Source: an uncultured Bacteroidia bacterium (GTDB lineage: Bacteria; Bacteroidota; Bacteroidia; Bacteroidales; CAJPTX01). Taken from it: DNA of 64,000 nt. This document shows, one piece after another, positions 36,259 through 47,400 of the stretch (the stretch's first letter is position 1; the number at the start of each line of letters is the position of its first letter). Below the pieces are notes generated by a model. It searched no databases, was not told the DNA's origin, and was given only the letters and a program-made list of their open reading frames with translations. The stretch covers positions 8,632 through 72,631 of the forward strand of contig CAMXWF010000002.1 of the NCBI GenBank assembly GCA_947252645.1, in the 5' to 3' direction. A program made the position numbers and the translations under genes.

Positions 36259-36706
36259 CCGCAACAGCCGGCCACAAAGATAGACTTTTTTCTTCACTTG
36301 CAAGTTGTGTGGGGGTGGGGAGGCTGGGAATCCTGGCGGATGCTGGGGGTTGCTGTTGCGTCTTGTTGGGGCTACTGGGGGATGGCAACGTCCTTCGCTA
36401 CAAGGCACTTGTTGGCTCCAAGGCCTTGGCCATGCTCCACGATGCTGTCTGCGGCGATGCGCTGAAATCCTTCCTGTAGAAGAAGAGAGATGGCTGGGCT
36501 TCTTGCGGATGAAGCTGGGGTCGGGGAGGTGTGTACTTAGCACCTTGCCCACGCGTCGCTTGGGTTGGCCGTCCTCGGGGTCGTGGGCCATTCCACCCCG
36601 TGGCACTAGATGTCTACTTGCGCTGCCTGTGCGTAGGGCGTGGCGGACGAACGATTTCAAACGTGCACCCGCGTATGGCGGTCTGGGGGGTTACGACAAA
36701 TCTTCG

Positions 36707-37387
36707 TCAAGGGTTCGTTTTGCCCTTTCGGCTTGGAGTCTCCTGGCGGTTGGGGCAGAGGTCGGCGAGGAAGCATTGGTTGCAGTTGGGGCGCTGGGCT
36801 TTGCAGACGTAACGCCCGTGCAGCAGGAGCCAGTGGTGGGCGTGCGCCCAGCTGTCCTCTGGCAGCAGGGCTTTGAGTTGTTTTTCTACTTTTTGCGGGG
36901 TATTGGCGTTGTGTACGAGGCCGAGCCTGTTGGCCACCCGGAGGACGTGGGTGTCCACAGGGAGAGCTGGTTTTCCGAAGGCTACGGCGAGCACCACGCT
37001 GGCGGTCTTATGGCCTACGCCGGGCAGGGCCTCAAGGGCTGCCAAGTCATCGGGGACTTGGCCGTGGTGCAGGGCCACGAGCTGGGTCGAGAGGTCGGCC
37101 AGGTAGCGGGCCTTGGAGTTGGGGTAGGTGACCGATTTGATGTGGTCTAGGATGGCCTTCTCCCCCGCTTGGGCCATCGTCTGGGGGGTGGGGTAGGCGG
37201 CAAAGAGCGCCTTGGTGACCTTGTTGATGCGCTCGTCGGTGCATTGCGCTGAGAGCACCACGGCCACCAGGAGCTGAAAGGACGAGCTGAATGCTAGCTC
37301 CGAGTGGGGGTGAGGATTTTGCGCTTGGAAGCGTGCAAAAATCTCTGCGGTGCGTGCTGGCCCCGGTTGCGCTGTTGCTTTGGCCAT
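36707..37387 (-). CDS. nth: Endonuclease III (DNA glycosylase/AP lyase)
   Basis: 226-aa ORF with an HhH-GPD block (LEALPGVGHKTASVVL) and the C-terminal 4Fe-4S ligands CKAQRPNCNQCFLADLC (C-x6-C-x2-C-x5-C). Confidence 0.95.
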   Translation of the reverse strand: MAKATAQPGPARTAEIFARFQAQNPHPHSELAFSSSFQLLVAVVLSAQCTDERINKVTKALFAAYPTPQTMAQAGEKAILDHIKSVTYPNSKARYLADLSTQLVALHHGQVPDDLAALEALPGVGHKTASVVLAVAFGKPALPVDTHVLRVANRLGLVHNANTPQKVEKQLKALLPEDSWAHAHHWLLLHGRYVCKAQRPNCNQCFLADLCPNRQETPSRKGKTNP

Positions 37388-37410
37388 GCGTGTCGGCCTG
37401 TCTAGTGCGC

Positions 37411-38757
37411 CTATTGGATTTTCCTGAAGAAGCGCGACCAGCGGATGTTCATGGGGAAGTGGCGTTCCTTGTCGAGTGAGAGCCAGATATACTTGGCCTT
37501 GCCCTCTATGCGGTCTTCGGGTACGAAGCCCCAGAAGCGGCTGTCGAGGGAGTTGTGCCGGTTGTCGCCCATCATGAAGAAGTAGTCCATCTGGAATGTA
37601 TAGCTCTCGGCGGGCTGGCCGTTGAGGTAGATGCGGCCGTTTTTGACCTCGAGGGCGTTGTGTTCGTAGACCTCGATGAGCCGACGGTAGAGGGGGAGGT
37701 TGCTGGTGGAGAGGGGGATGGTGAGGCCTTTCTTGGGGATCCAGATGGGGCCGAAGTCCGCTTCCGTCCAGGGGAAGCGCGGATCGTGGGGGAATATATA
37801 ATGGTAAGCTTGGGCGGGGTCAGGGTTTTGTCGCCGGGTGATGTTGACCACGTTGGCCAGCTGGGCTAGCTGCTGGCGGGCGGTGTCGGTCAGGGGGAGG
37901 TCGTAGCAGGATACGGTGGGGTTGTAGATGCGATCGCCGTGGTATATCCCGAGCTGATCGAGGAATAGCGGGTTGATGGTGGTGCCGTTGGTTTGGACGG
38001 CGTAGTTGAACTGCATGGTGGGGACGAAGGGCTGCTTTTGGCCGTTGACGTAGAGCTGATTGTCGATGATCTGGAGGGTGTCGCCCGGGAGGCCTACGCA
38101 GCGCTTGATGTAGTTTTCGCATTTATCCATGGGGCGGGTGATGAGGTGGTAGTTGGCCTTCACGTAGTTGCGCCCGAGCTGGCGGACGATGTCGTAGTAA
38201 TTGCGCTCGGGAAACTCGGTGATGACCGTGTCGCCCTCTGGGAAGTTGAACACCACCACGTCGTAGCGCTTCACGTGGCCAAGCCCAGGGCACCGGTTGT
38301 AGGGGAGCTGGATGGCCTCGGAGTAGGATTTGGTGGTGCGGGAGAAGAACATGGTGTTGTGGGTAAAGGGCATCGTGAGGGGCGTATTGGGCATTTTGGG
38401 CCCGTAGGCTACCTTGCTGACGAAGAGGTAGTCGCCCACTAGGAGCGTTTTTTCCATGGAGCCCGTGGGGATAGTGTAGGCGGCGAAAAGTAGCAGGCGG
38501 ATGAGCGAGGCCACGACCACGGCGAAAAGGAGTGCATCGAACCATTCCACCAGGGAGGATTGCCGCCTCACGCCCTTCTTGTGCCAGAAGAGCCAGTGGA
38601 CCTTCCGGGTGATGTAGTAGTCGAAGATGACGGGCAGGCCCAGCAGCCACCAGTAGTTGCCAATCCAGACTACTACCCCCACGTAGAGCAGCGTTACCAG
38701 CGCGAAGCTGAAGTAGCGACTGCGCAAAACCTGCTTGATTCTATTCATACTCTGCAT
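37411..38757 (-). CDS. lepB: Signal peptidase I (long Bacteroidota form)
   Basis: 448-aa ORF with N-terminal TMs. The catalytic Ser block is IPTGSMEKTLLVGDYLFVSK, the Lys block is YIKRCVGLPGD, and box E is MGDNRHNSLDSRFWGFV. Confidence 0.93.
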   Translation of the reverse strand: MQSMNRIKQVLRSRYFSFALVTLLYVGVVVWIGNYWWLLGLPVIFDYYITRKVHWLFWHKKGVRRQSSLVEWFDALLFAVVVASLIRLLLFAAYTIPTGSMEKTLLVGDYLFVSKVAYGPKMPNTPLTMPFTHNTMFFSRTTKSYSEAIQLPYNRCPGLGHVKRYDVVVFNFPEGDTVITEFPERNYYDIVRQLGRNYVKANYHLITRPMDKCENYIKRCVGLPGDTLQIIDNQLYVNGQKQPFVPTMQFNYAVQTNGTTINPLFLDQLGIYHGDRIYNPTVSCYDLPLTDTARQQLAQLANVVNITRRQNPDPAQAYHYIFPHDPRFPWTEADFGPIWIPKKGLTIPLSTSNLPLYRRLIEVYEHNALEVKNGRIYLNGQPAESYTFQMDYFFMMGDNRHNSLDSRFWGFVPEDRIEGKAKYIWLSLDKERHFPMNIRWSRFFRKIQ

Positions 38758-38877
38758 TGTGCGTTGTGGCGCATGGCCCAGGTGTCAACGCCCCGTTGGC
38801 CGCGCCACTGCGACTCCCCAAAGGTAAGCAAAGCGGGGGAAAGGGCAGGGGGCAGCTTCCTGCTCGCCTTTGGTGGG

Positions 38878-39939
38878 CTAGAGCTTTTTGACCAGGAGCT
38901 TTCCCCCGGCGAGCGCAACGGCCACCCCTTCCAGCCCTTCCAAGCAGGCCTCGACCCCCTCGGGGAGCCAAGCTATGGTGTTGCTGCACTCTTTGAAGGT
39001 CACCTGTCCCCTGGCCACGTTGCCTTGGGGGTCTTTGGGTAGGAGGTCGCGTACGGCCTGCCAGGTGCCCACGTCGGACCAGCCAATGCTGCTGGGGAGC
39101 ACCACGATGTTGTCGGCATGCTCTAGGACCCCATAGTCGATAGAGATGGGCTCAATGGCTGCATAGGCCTTTTCAAGGGCTACGCGAAAGGTGGTGGGGT
39201 CGCTATGGAAGGGTAGCCCCTCCATGGTTTCTAGGAGGCCAGGGAGATGCTTCCTGAGGGCTTGGGCGATGGTGGATACGCGCCAGACGAACATCCCGCT
39301 GTTCCAGAAGAAGTCGCCCTGCTTGAGGAACTCAAGGGCCGTTTCGAGGTTGGGCTTTTCGCGGAAGCGGCGTACGGGCTGAAAGCCCTGGGCCTCCTGT
39401 TGGGCTGCCTCTATGTAGCCGTATTCGGTAGCTGGTCGTGTGGGGGTGATGCCTAGGGTGACCATGCAGTTGTGCTGCGCGGCGTAGGCTATGGCCTTTT
39501 GCATGAGGAGTAGGAACTGCGGTTGGTTCTCCACTAGGTGGTCGCTTGGGAAAACACCCATGACCGTTTCTTCCCCGTGGGGCTGCGTGAGGCAGTGGGC
39601 TACGGCCAGCGCAATGCATGGGGCTGTGTTGCGGCGTTGCGGTTCCCCGTAGATGTTGCGTGCGGGAAGCTGTGGGAGTTGTTCAGCTGCTAGGGCGGTT
39701 TGGCGTTGGCTGGTTATTGCGAGTATGTGGTCTGGGGTGGTGAGCTGTTCGAGCCGGCGCGCCGTGGCCTGGAGCATGGATTCGCCTCGGCCTAGTATGT
39801 CGAGGAATTGCTTGGGTTTCTCCTCGGTGCTTACGGGCCAAAAGCGCGTGCCACCGCCCCCAGCCATGATGAGCGCGCAGAAGGTGGGCGTGTTGCCTAG
39901 GGGTGGTAGGGAGGAGGAGTTGGTCGCCATGGTATGCAA
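38878..39939 (-). CDS. Mannose-1-phosphate guanylyltransferase (nucleotidyltransferase only, no PMI domain)
   Basis: 353-aa ORF with ALIMAGGGGTRFWPVSTEEKPKQFLDI (the G-x-G-T-R-x-W-P signature) and FWNSGMFVW. Confidence 0.88.
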   Translation of the reverse strand: MHTMATNSSSLPPLGNTPTFCALIMAGGGGTRFWPVSTEEKPKQFLDILGRGESMLQATARRLEQLTTPDHILAITSQRQTALAAEQLPQLPARNIYGEPQRRNTAPCIALAVAHCLTQPHGEETVMGVFPSDHLVENQPQFLLLMQKAIAYAAQHNCMVTLGITPTRPATEYGYIEAAQQEAQGFQPVRRFREKPNLETALEFLKQGDFFWNSGMFVWRVSTIAQALRKHLPGLLETMEGLPFHSDPTTFRVALEKAYAAIEPISIDYGVLEHADNIVVLPSSIGWSDVGTWQAVRDLLPKDPQGNVARGQVTFKECSNTIAWLPEGVEACLEGLEGVAVALAGGKLLVKKL

Positions 39940-39955
39940 AGGGTTGAGTGGGCGG

Positions 39956-41323
39956 CTATAAGGTTCTTACCAGATTGTTGACTAGGTCGACGATGGAGGC
40001 CAGCGGTCGGCAGAGACCATGGTTGCTCCCTTGGGGCGCGCTTGGGAGCCCTTGCTGGGCCAGGTAGACGGCTTGGAAGCCGAGCCGCTCGGCTTCGCGG
40101 ATCCGCTGCTCAATACGCACCACCTGCCGTATTTCGCCAGAGAGGCCCACCTCGGCGGTAAAGCAAATGTTGGGTGGATAGGCCACGTCGAAGTAGGAAG
40201 AGAGCACGGCGGCCACCACGGCCAAATCGATGCCGGGATCGTTGATGCGCAGCCCTCCAGCGATGTTGAGAAAGACATCTTTGGCCCCTAGCTTGAAGCC
40301 TGCCCGTTTCTCTAGGACGGCCAGGAGCATATTGAGTCGTCGGGGGTCGTAGCCCGTGGTGCTCCGCTGCGGTACGCCGTAGACCGCCGAGCTGACCAAG
40401 GCCTGTACCTCCACCAGTATGGGGCGGACGCCCTCCACGCTGGCTGCTACCGCCGAGCCGCTCAGCTGTGTGCCCCGCTGGTGGATGAGGAGCTCTGAGG
40501 GGTTGGCTATCTCCCGCAGGCCTTGCTGCTGCATCTCGAACATGGCTAGCTCATTGGAGGCGCCGAAGCGATTCTTGATGCCGCGCAGGATGCGGTATGT
40601 GAAAGAACTATCGCCCTCGAATTGGAGCACCACGTCCACGATGTGCTCTAGGAGCTTGGGCCCAGCCAGGGTGCCTTCCTTGTTGATGTGTCCGATCAGG
40701 AGTACGGGCACGCCGCTGGTTTTTGCGTAGCGTAGGAGGGTGGCAGCGCATTCGCGGATTTGCGACACGGTGCCTGGGGAGGATTCTAGCCCTTCGCGGT
40801 AGAGGGTCTGGATGGAGTCAACGACTAGGAAGTTTGGCTCGAGCTGGCCAGCTTGGGTCAGGACGTTGTCGAGGAGGGTCTCGTTGAGGATAAAGCAGTG
40901 ATCGAGCTGGCCTTGGAGCCTGTCGGCGCGCATGCGTACTTGGTTGGCGCTCTCCTCGCCCGACACGTAGAGCACTTTCCCGAGGTGGCCGCTTAGAGCC
41001 AGCTGGAGCGCTAGGGTCGATTTGCCGATGCCAGGTTCGCCACCCAGCAGCACCAGGGATCCCGGCACGAGGCCTCCGCCAAGCACACGGTTGACTTCCT
41101 GTAGCCCCACGTCGAGACGCTGCTCGTTGGAGCTTGCCACGGTGGCCAGCGGCATCGCCACGGCCTGGCGCGAGATATCGATCATATGGCCTTTGCGGGG
41201 CTGCTGCACGACTCGCTGCTCCACGTAGGTGTTCCACTGGCCGCAGGCTGGGCAGCGCCCGAGCCACTTGGCGGCCTCCGCGCCGCAGTTCTGGCACACG
41301 TAGCTACTCTTGGCTTTTGCCAT
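39956..41323 (-). CDS. radA: DNA repair protein RadA/Sms
   Basis: 455-aa ORF with a zinc finger (CQNCGAEAAKWLGRCPACGQWNT), Walker A (GGEPGIGKST), the KNRFG motif (GIKNRFGASNE) and a Lon-like C-terminal domain. Confidence 0.96.
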   Translation of the reverse strand: MAKAKSSYVCQNCGAEAAKWLGRCPACGQWNTYVEQRVVQQPRKGHMIDISRQAVAMPLATVASSNEQRLDVGLQEVNRVLGGGLVPGSLVLLGGEPGIGKSTLALQLALSGHLGKVLYVSGEESANQVRMRADRLQGQLDHCFILNETLLDNVLTQAGQLEPNFLVVDSIQTLYREGLESSPGTVSQIRECAATLLRYAKTSGVPVLLIGHINKEGTLAGPKLLEHIVDVVLQFEGDSSFTYRILRGIKNRFGASNELAMFEMQQQGLREIANPSELLIHQRGTQLSGSAVAASVEGVRPILVEVQALVSSAVYGVPQRSTTGYDPRRLNMLLAVLEKRAGFKLGAKDVFLNIAGGLRINDPGIDLAVVAAVLSSYFDVAYPPNICFTAEVGLSGEIRQVVRIEQRIREAERLGFQAVYLAQQGLPSAPQGSNHGLCRPLASIVDLVNNLVRTL

Positions 41324-41332
41324 GTGTCCTCC

Positions 41333-42403
41333 TCAAGCCTGCATGGGGGCCTTGGTCTCTAACCTGCGTTGCGCAATGCGACGGATGAGCATGAGTAGCA
41401 GGAATACGATGAGTAGATTGATGGCCTGCGCGCCGTGGGCCAAGGTGGCGTAGGCCAGGCCATCTTCACGACTTAGGCCCACAACTAGGAGCCAGAGCAT
41501 GACGGCGTAGTGGTAGGCCCCGATGCCCCCTTGGACTGGGATAAGGATGCCAAAGGTGCCCACTACGAGCAGGGTGAAGCTTGTGCGCGGGGTAAGGTGG
41601 GCAGTGGCGGGGAGGGCAAGGCAAAAAAGATGGGTCGCAAGCCAGTAAAGTAGCCAGAGGAGAACGGTCTGGAAGAGCAGGGCCCAGGGGTGCTGCGCGC
41701 GCAGCATGGTGTTGAAGCCCTGCGTAAAGCCGCGCATGGCTCTCAGCGTCCGAATCTTGAGCCGTCGGCCGAGGAGGTTGGACACCAGGGCCCAGTAGAA
41801 GCCTATAGACCCTAGGATCACTGCCAGTAGGGCCAGGGAAAGACCGATCCACGTGCTGGTGGCTAGGCTGGTCAGGAAGGGATGGAGCACCTCGTGCCAG
41901 AGGAAACCGCCAAAACTGGTGAGGCTTAGGCCCACGGCCACGAGCGTGAGGAGAAGGAACATGAGGAAGTCGAAAATCCGCTCGGCCATCAGGGTGCCGA
42001 AGGTTCTATCGAATGATAGGTGTTTTTGCCGGGCTACCAGGGCGCAGCGGAGTAGCTCGCCCCCCCGTGGCACGAGCATGTTGGCGTTGTAGCCTAGCAC
42101 CACGGCGTAGAAGGCATCCCAGAGGGTGATGTGGACGTGGAGCTGGTTGATCTGACCTTGCCAGCGCCATGCGCGTACAACGTGGGAGGCCAGGCTGACC
42201 GTTAGCGCTGCGGCTACCCACCCCCAGTTGGTGGCCTGTAGGCTGCTGCCCAGCGCGCTGAAATCGACGTGGCGCAGGGTGAGGTAGATGAGTAGGGCGA
42301 GCAGCGGCAAAAACGCCAGGGCCTGAAGGACTAGGCCATGCTTGCCTTGCCAGAGCCTGACCCATGGGGAACGCCCCGCTTGTGCAGCAGCTTGCTTCGG
42401 CAC
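41333..42403 (-). CDS. Flippase-like polytopic membrane protein (LPG-synthase TM / UPF0104, YbhN-like)
   Basis: 356-aa ORF with about 8 hydrophobic segments. The layout and the RAWRW, YNANMLVPRGGELLR block are typical of the lysylphosphatidylglycerol-synthase TM-region family. Confidence 0.7.
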   Translation of the reverse strand: MPKQAAAQAGRSPWVRLWQGKHGLVLQALAFLPLLALLIYLTLRHVDFSALGSSLQATNWGWVAAALTVSLASHVVRAWRWQGQINQLHVHITLWDAFYAVVLGYNANMLVPRGGELLRCALVARQKHLSFDRTFGTLMAERIFDFLMFLLLTLVAVGLSLTSFGGFLWHEVLHPFLTSLATSTWIGLSLALLAVILGSIGFYWALVSNLLGRRLKIRTLRAMRGFTQGFNTMLRAQHPWALLFQTVLLWLLYWLATHLFCLALPATAHLTPRTSFTLLVVGTFGILIPVQGGIGAYHYAVMLWLLVVGLSREDGLAYATLAHGAQAINLLIVFLLLMLIRRIAQRRLETKAPMQA

Positions 42404-42428
42404 TGCCAGTGTTGAGCTTATGGGGTGG

Positions 42429-42791
42429 CTATTGGTCGCTTGGGGAAAGCCGGTTGGTATCGGTATTGGGGAAGATGACGGTGGGCTTCAAGGTGCGGGC
42501 CTCCTCTGGGGTCACCAGGGCGTAGGCCACTACGATGATCACGTCGCCCACGAGGGCTTTCCGGGCGGCAGGGCCATTGAGGCAGACCTCTCCACTGCCT
42601 GCGGGGCCCGCAATCGTGTAGGTCTCCAGACGTTCGCCATTGTTGACGTTCACCACCTGCACTCTCTCCCCCGGGAGGATGTTGGCCGCTTCGAGTAGGG
42701 CGGCATCGATGGTGATGCTCCCGATGTAGTCGATCTTGGCCTGCGTCACGTGGACGCGGTGGATTTTTGATTTGAGTACTTGCAGGAGCAT
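42429..42791 (-). CDS. panD: Aspartate 1-decarboxylase
   Basis: 120-aa ORF starting MLLQVLKSKIHRVHVTQAKIDYIGSITID, with the self-processing Gly-Ser site in YIGSITID. Confidence 0.96.
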   Translation of the reverse strand: MLLQVLKSKIHRVHVTQAKIDYIGSITIDAALLEAANILPGERVQVVNVNNGERLETYTIAGPAGSGEVCLNGPAARKALVGDVIIVVAYALVTPEEARTLKPTVIFPNTDTNRLSPSDQ

Positions 42792-42799
42792 GTCGTTGG

Positions 42800-43645
42800 C
42801 TAATATTTGAAGTTGTCTATGAGCCTGACGTTGCCTGCGTGGACGGCCACGAAGGCCATGGAGCAGTTGGGCTGGTATTCGGCCTCAGGGGCGAGCGTGT
42901 GGCGGTTGGCAATCTCGACGTATTCGCATTGGAGCAGTGGGGCGGCTGCGTTGATGTGTTCAACGATGTAGGCAGCGGTTTCAGGCACGGAGTGCTGCTG
43001 GATGTAGTCGGCCGAGGCGCGCAGCGTTTGGTATATTCGGGGCGCAGCCTCCCGGTGCGCTGGGGAGAGGAGGGCGTTGCGCGAGCTGACCGCCAGGCCA
43101 GAGGCCTCCCGGACGATGGGGCATCCGACGATTTCCACGGGGCTGTGCATCTGCTCGGCCATCTTGCGCACGATGAGCAGCTGCTGGTAGTCTTTTTCGC
43201 CGAAGTAGGCCCTGGTGGGCTTGGTCAAGTCGAGGAGTCGGCTGACGATGCGGCAAACGCCTTGGAAGTGGCCGGGGCGTTGGGTGCCCTCCATGTATTG
43301 GTCGAGGGGGTGGAGATTGAACTCGTAGCGGTCGGGCAGCCTGTAGATGTCGTCTTCCTCTGGGGTGAAGATGTAGAGCGGTTGCATCAGCTCAGCCAGG
43401 AAGGCCAGGTCGGCATCGAGGGTGCGGGGGTAGGTCTTGTAGTCGTTTGGGTTGTTGAACTGGGTGGGGTTGACGAAGATGGAGACGACCACGTGGTCGT
43501 TTTCTTGGAGGGCTTGCTTGACCAAGGAGAGATGCCCTTGATGGAGCGCACCCATGGTGGGGACGAGCCCCCAGGTTTCCGCAGGCCTGCCCGAAGCTTC
43601 TCGCCGTAGGGCGATTAATTCATCGACTGTCGCTATGCGTGTCAT
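42800..43645 (-). CDS. panC: Pantoate--beta-alanine ligase
   Basis: 281-aa ORF with VPTMGALHQGHLSLV (the HxGH motif) and YFGEKDYQQL. Confidence 0.96.
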   Translation of the reverse strand: MTRIATVDELIALRREASGRPAETWGLVPTMGALHQGHLSLVKQALQENDHVVVSIFVNPTQFNNPNDYKTYPRTLDADLAFLAELMQPLYIFTPEEDDIYRLPDRYEFNLHPLDQYMEGTQRPGHFQGVCRIVSRLLDLTKPTRAYFGEKDYQQLLIVRKMAEQMHSPVEIVGCPIVREASGLAVSSRNALLSPAHREAAPRIYQTLRASADYIQQHSVPETAAYIVEHINAAAPLLQCEYVEIANRHTLAPEAEYQPNCSMAFVAVHAGNVRLIDNFKY

Positions 43646-43674
43646 ATTGTGCGCATTTTCTCTATGACCTATTG

Positions 43675-44127
43675 CTAGTAGTCTTTTTGCTGGGCGCGCT
43701 GAAGCTCGCGGGCCGATTCCCTGGCTTTGATGGCTTCGCGCTTATCGTGGGCCTGCTTGCCCCTCGCCAGGGCGATGCGCAGCTTGGCGTAGCCGCGCTC
43801 GTTGATGAAGAGTTGTGTGGCCACAATGGTCGAACCCTTGGCCTGCACGGCGCGCTCGAGCTTGGTGAGCTCTTTGCGGCTGAGTAGGAGCTTGCGGTCG
43901 CGCCGAGGGTTGTGGTTGGAGTAGGTGCCAAACTGGTATTCGGGGATCTGCATGTTGCGGATCCACAGTTCGTGGTTGAGGAAAAGGGCGTAGGCATCCA
44001 CTAGGCTGGCGTGCCCCTGGCGTAGGGACTTGATCTCCGTGCCGCTCAGCACTATGCCGGCGGTATAGCGATCCAGTAGCTCGTAGCTAAAGCCTGCCTT
44101 CCTATTCTTGGCAATTACCCTTTCCAC
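43675..44127 (-). CDS. smpB: SsrA-binding protein
   Basis: 150-aa ORF with [32 protein letters not shown] and [20 protein letters not shown]. Confidence 0.96.
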   Translation of the reverse strand: MERVIAKNRKAGFSYELLDRYTAGIVLSGTEIKSLRQGHASLVDAYALFLNHELWIRNMQIPEYQFGTYSNHNPRRDRKLLLSRKELTKLERAVQAKGSTIVATQLFINERGYAKLRIALARGKQAHDKREAIKARESARELQRAQQKDY

Positions 44128-44438
44128 GCGTCGGCTAGGTTCGTGCCCCTAGGTATGACCTAGGGATGCGCAAAGGTAACGCTTTGCTAGGATTGGTTGC
44201 ATTGGCTACAGTGGGTGTAGTAGCAGCGGGCTCGCTCACTAATAGGTAGGTTTTGCGCCCCGACCCTGTGGGATGCAGGGGCGGCCGCGAGGTATAGTAG
44301 CCCGCAATCAGTTCGCGGGGAGACTTCATCATTCCGGGCGTGGAGTCCGTAACTGAAATGAGCTATTCTCTTGGTGTACCCGTGATAATAATCCATGACC
44401 TTTGCGCCGTAGGATTGTGAGGAGAAACATAGTAACCC

Positions 44439-47400
44439 ATGAATGTCAAAGAGGTAAGGGGTGTGAGCTTGCTGCTCTTAGGGCTTATGCTTTGGTGGCA
44501 GGCATTGGGGCAGGTGCCCCCATCGGTGCGCGGTGTGGTGGTGGATGCTGGGAGTCGTCAGCCGATAGTGGCGGCCACGGTGGTAGACGGCGTGCAAGCA
44601 GTATCGACGATCACGGGAGTAGACGGTACATGGCATTTGGAGACCGCGTTGCCGGCGACACTGCGGGTGAGCTGCATAGGCTACGAGCCGCAGGAGTTCA
44701 CGGTGACTACGCCGGGGATGACGGATACGTTGTCCTTACAGCCGGAGGCGCACAACATCGATGAGGTAGTGGTGATAGGCTTCGGGCAGATGAAAAAGTC
44801 GGACATCTCCACCTCCGTGGCTTCGGTGGAGAACATGCCGCTGGTGAAGCAGCGCTACGTGCCCTCGCTGGCGCACATGATGCAGGGGCAGATCCCTGGG
44901 GTGACGGTGGTGAACCAAGGAGGACACCCTACTGGGGGGCCCCAGCTCTTCATCCGCGGCGTGGGGTCGGTGAGTGGGGAGTCGCCGCTAGTGGTGGTCG
45001 ATGGCGTGCCCGGGGCACCCTATACCCTGGCAGACGTGGAGAACATCACGGTCCTGCGGGATGCGGCCTCTGCGTCGGTGTATGGGGCACACGCGGGGGC
45101 GGCAGGGATTATCTTGGTGACTACAAAGCGGGCTCGTGCGGGCGCCGTGCACGTGGAGTTGTCGCATGGCACCACGTTCAGCCTCCCGCGCAATTTGCCC
45201 CAGTCGTTGACCATAGCGGAGGAGCGTCGGGTGCGTGCCGTGGCTCTAGGTGGGGAAAACAACCTCCCCACGGGCTGGGACCCGCAGATCAATCCCTTCA
45301 TTGCGGAGACGCGGACCGATTGGGTAGGCGCCATCTTCCGTACGGGGGTATCGCACCGTTCGAGCTTCTCCGTCAATGGGGGTAATGCGCGCATAGCCGC
45401 ACGGGGGTCGTTCGAGAGTGACCTCAGGCAGGGCACGCTGCGCCATACCTATAGCGATGATTATACCACGCGCCTCTCGTTGGCTTGGAGAATCTTCCCC
45501 CACGTGCGACTTCGCGAGGAGCTGGGGTGGTATTACAATAGCAATCGCGATGCCAACACCTCGAGTGCTGAGACCGGTGTGCTGCTTTCGGCGCTGGCTA
45601 TGCCGCGCAATGCCACGGTCTACGACCCGCTGACGGTGTATGGGGGCACGGCGCCCTCGGATCCAGCCTATGCGGCCAAGTATGGAAGCAATTATGCGGA
45701 TATCCATGGGGACGTGGTCAACCCGATGCGGCTCCTGGAGGGCAATCGCTACAAGAATAACCACCATTACCTCAACACCTCGACGTTCCTAGAGCTGCTA
45801 TCGCCAGTGCCAGGATTAGACTTCACGTCGCGCTTTTCCTATTCCTTCGTCCGTGATAACAGCTTGAGCTTCACGCCCCGGCGCTTAGAACCGGGGAAAC
45901 CCGATAAGGAGAATTACCTCTCCTACAATAACCAGCGCAGCATGGACTGGGAGGTGGAAAATCGCATCAACTACGACACGTTGATTTCTGGCCATAGCAT
46001 AGGGCTGATGCTGGCGCACACGGCCCAAGGGGCCGATTACCGAAGCTTCTCTGCAGAGGCGCATGATTTTGAGCGCGAGGCCTCCTCTCTTGCCTATTTC
46101 AACATGGCGCAGGCCAACTACCCGCCTACGGATGGCCGGGCACAAGATCGAAACTTGGGGCTGGTGGGTCGCATCTCCTACAATTGGGCAGATCGGTATT
46201 TTATCATGGCTTCGTGGAGAACAGACTGGGCAGGTCGGTTGCCCAAGGGGCACAAGATGGGGATGTTCCCATCGGTATCTGGAGCGTGGAAGATATCCTC
46301 AGAGCCGTTCATGTCGGGGCTGAAGTGGGTGAATCTGCTTAAGCTTCGGGCCTCCTGGGGTCGTATAGGCAATCTGGGCTCCATTCCCCTAGGGTACAGC
46401 TATCCTACCATTGGTACAAGCTACTTCTTCATGGGAGGCGGAGGCCGCACGGGCGGTCAGACGGGGCTGCACCCTGGGGCCGTGAAGCCGAGAGCCCTGC
46501 TGAGCGCCTACAATGACAGGCTCACCTGGGAGACCTCAGATCAGCAGAACTATGGGCTAGACGTGACGCTATTCAACTATAGGCTCGCATTCACCTTTGA
46601 CTTCTTCATCAAGAATACCCTAGGCATTATCCGTAGTCAGGATTACGGCTTCCCCACGATCATCGGCATGGGGGCTCCGCTCATCAACAATGGGAAGATC
46701 CGGAACATGGGGGTTGAGGTCTCGCTTGGCTGGAAGGATCAAGTGAGGAACTTCAGCTACAATGTCAGCGCCAACGTGGCCTACCTTCGCAATCGCGTGG
46801 TGGACATGGGCGAGGGCGACGGCGATGAGCCAGTGATATGGACCGACGGGCCAAAATTTAAGGTCCTGCATCCGTACCAGACTGAGGTTGGGCAACCGCT
46901 CTACTCGTTCTATCTCTATCAAACGGACGGGGTGTTCCAAACGGATGCCCAGGCCGAAGGCTACGTGAATGCAAAGGGCGTGCGACTACAGCCAGCGGCG
47001 AAGGCAGGCGACCTGAAATTCATAGACTTGAACGGCGATGGCGTCATTGACCCGCTCGACCGGGAATACATGGGCAACGCCATGCCGAAGCTCACCTATG
47101 CCTGCAACCTCGGGGTGGGTTACAAGGGCCTTTCCCTCTCGGTGATGCTGCAGGGCGTGCAGGGCGTGCAGATCTTCAACGCAATTAAATACGTCACGCT
47201 CAACGAATCGGAGAAGGCGTTTAACCGCGATAATCGGATACTCAAGGCCCTCGATGGCCCCACCTACGCCGTACCGCGTATATCTGCCTCCGATGACAAT
47301 GGGAACTTCTCGCGTGCTAGCAATTGGTACCTGGAGGACGGGAGCTACCTGCGGGTGAAAAACATCACGGTGGCGTACGATTTTTCGTCCCTACTCTACC

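Noticed and set aside
36244-36660. 138-aa minus-strand ORF
   Set aside because: Its 3' part overlaps the tRNA-Gln gene, and the sequence is Pro/Arg/Ser/His-rich and implausible.
36305-37150. 281-aa plus-strand ORF overlapping nth and the nth-tRNA gap
   Set aside because: It is antisense to endonuclease III, which has unambiguous HhH and 4Fe-4S motifs. The translated sequence is Gly/Arg/Leu-rich with no domain features.
42839-43609. 256-aa ORF antisense to panC
   Set aside because: It is a shadow ORF within a well-supported panC gene and has a Gly/Val/Glu-rich repetitive translation.
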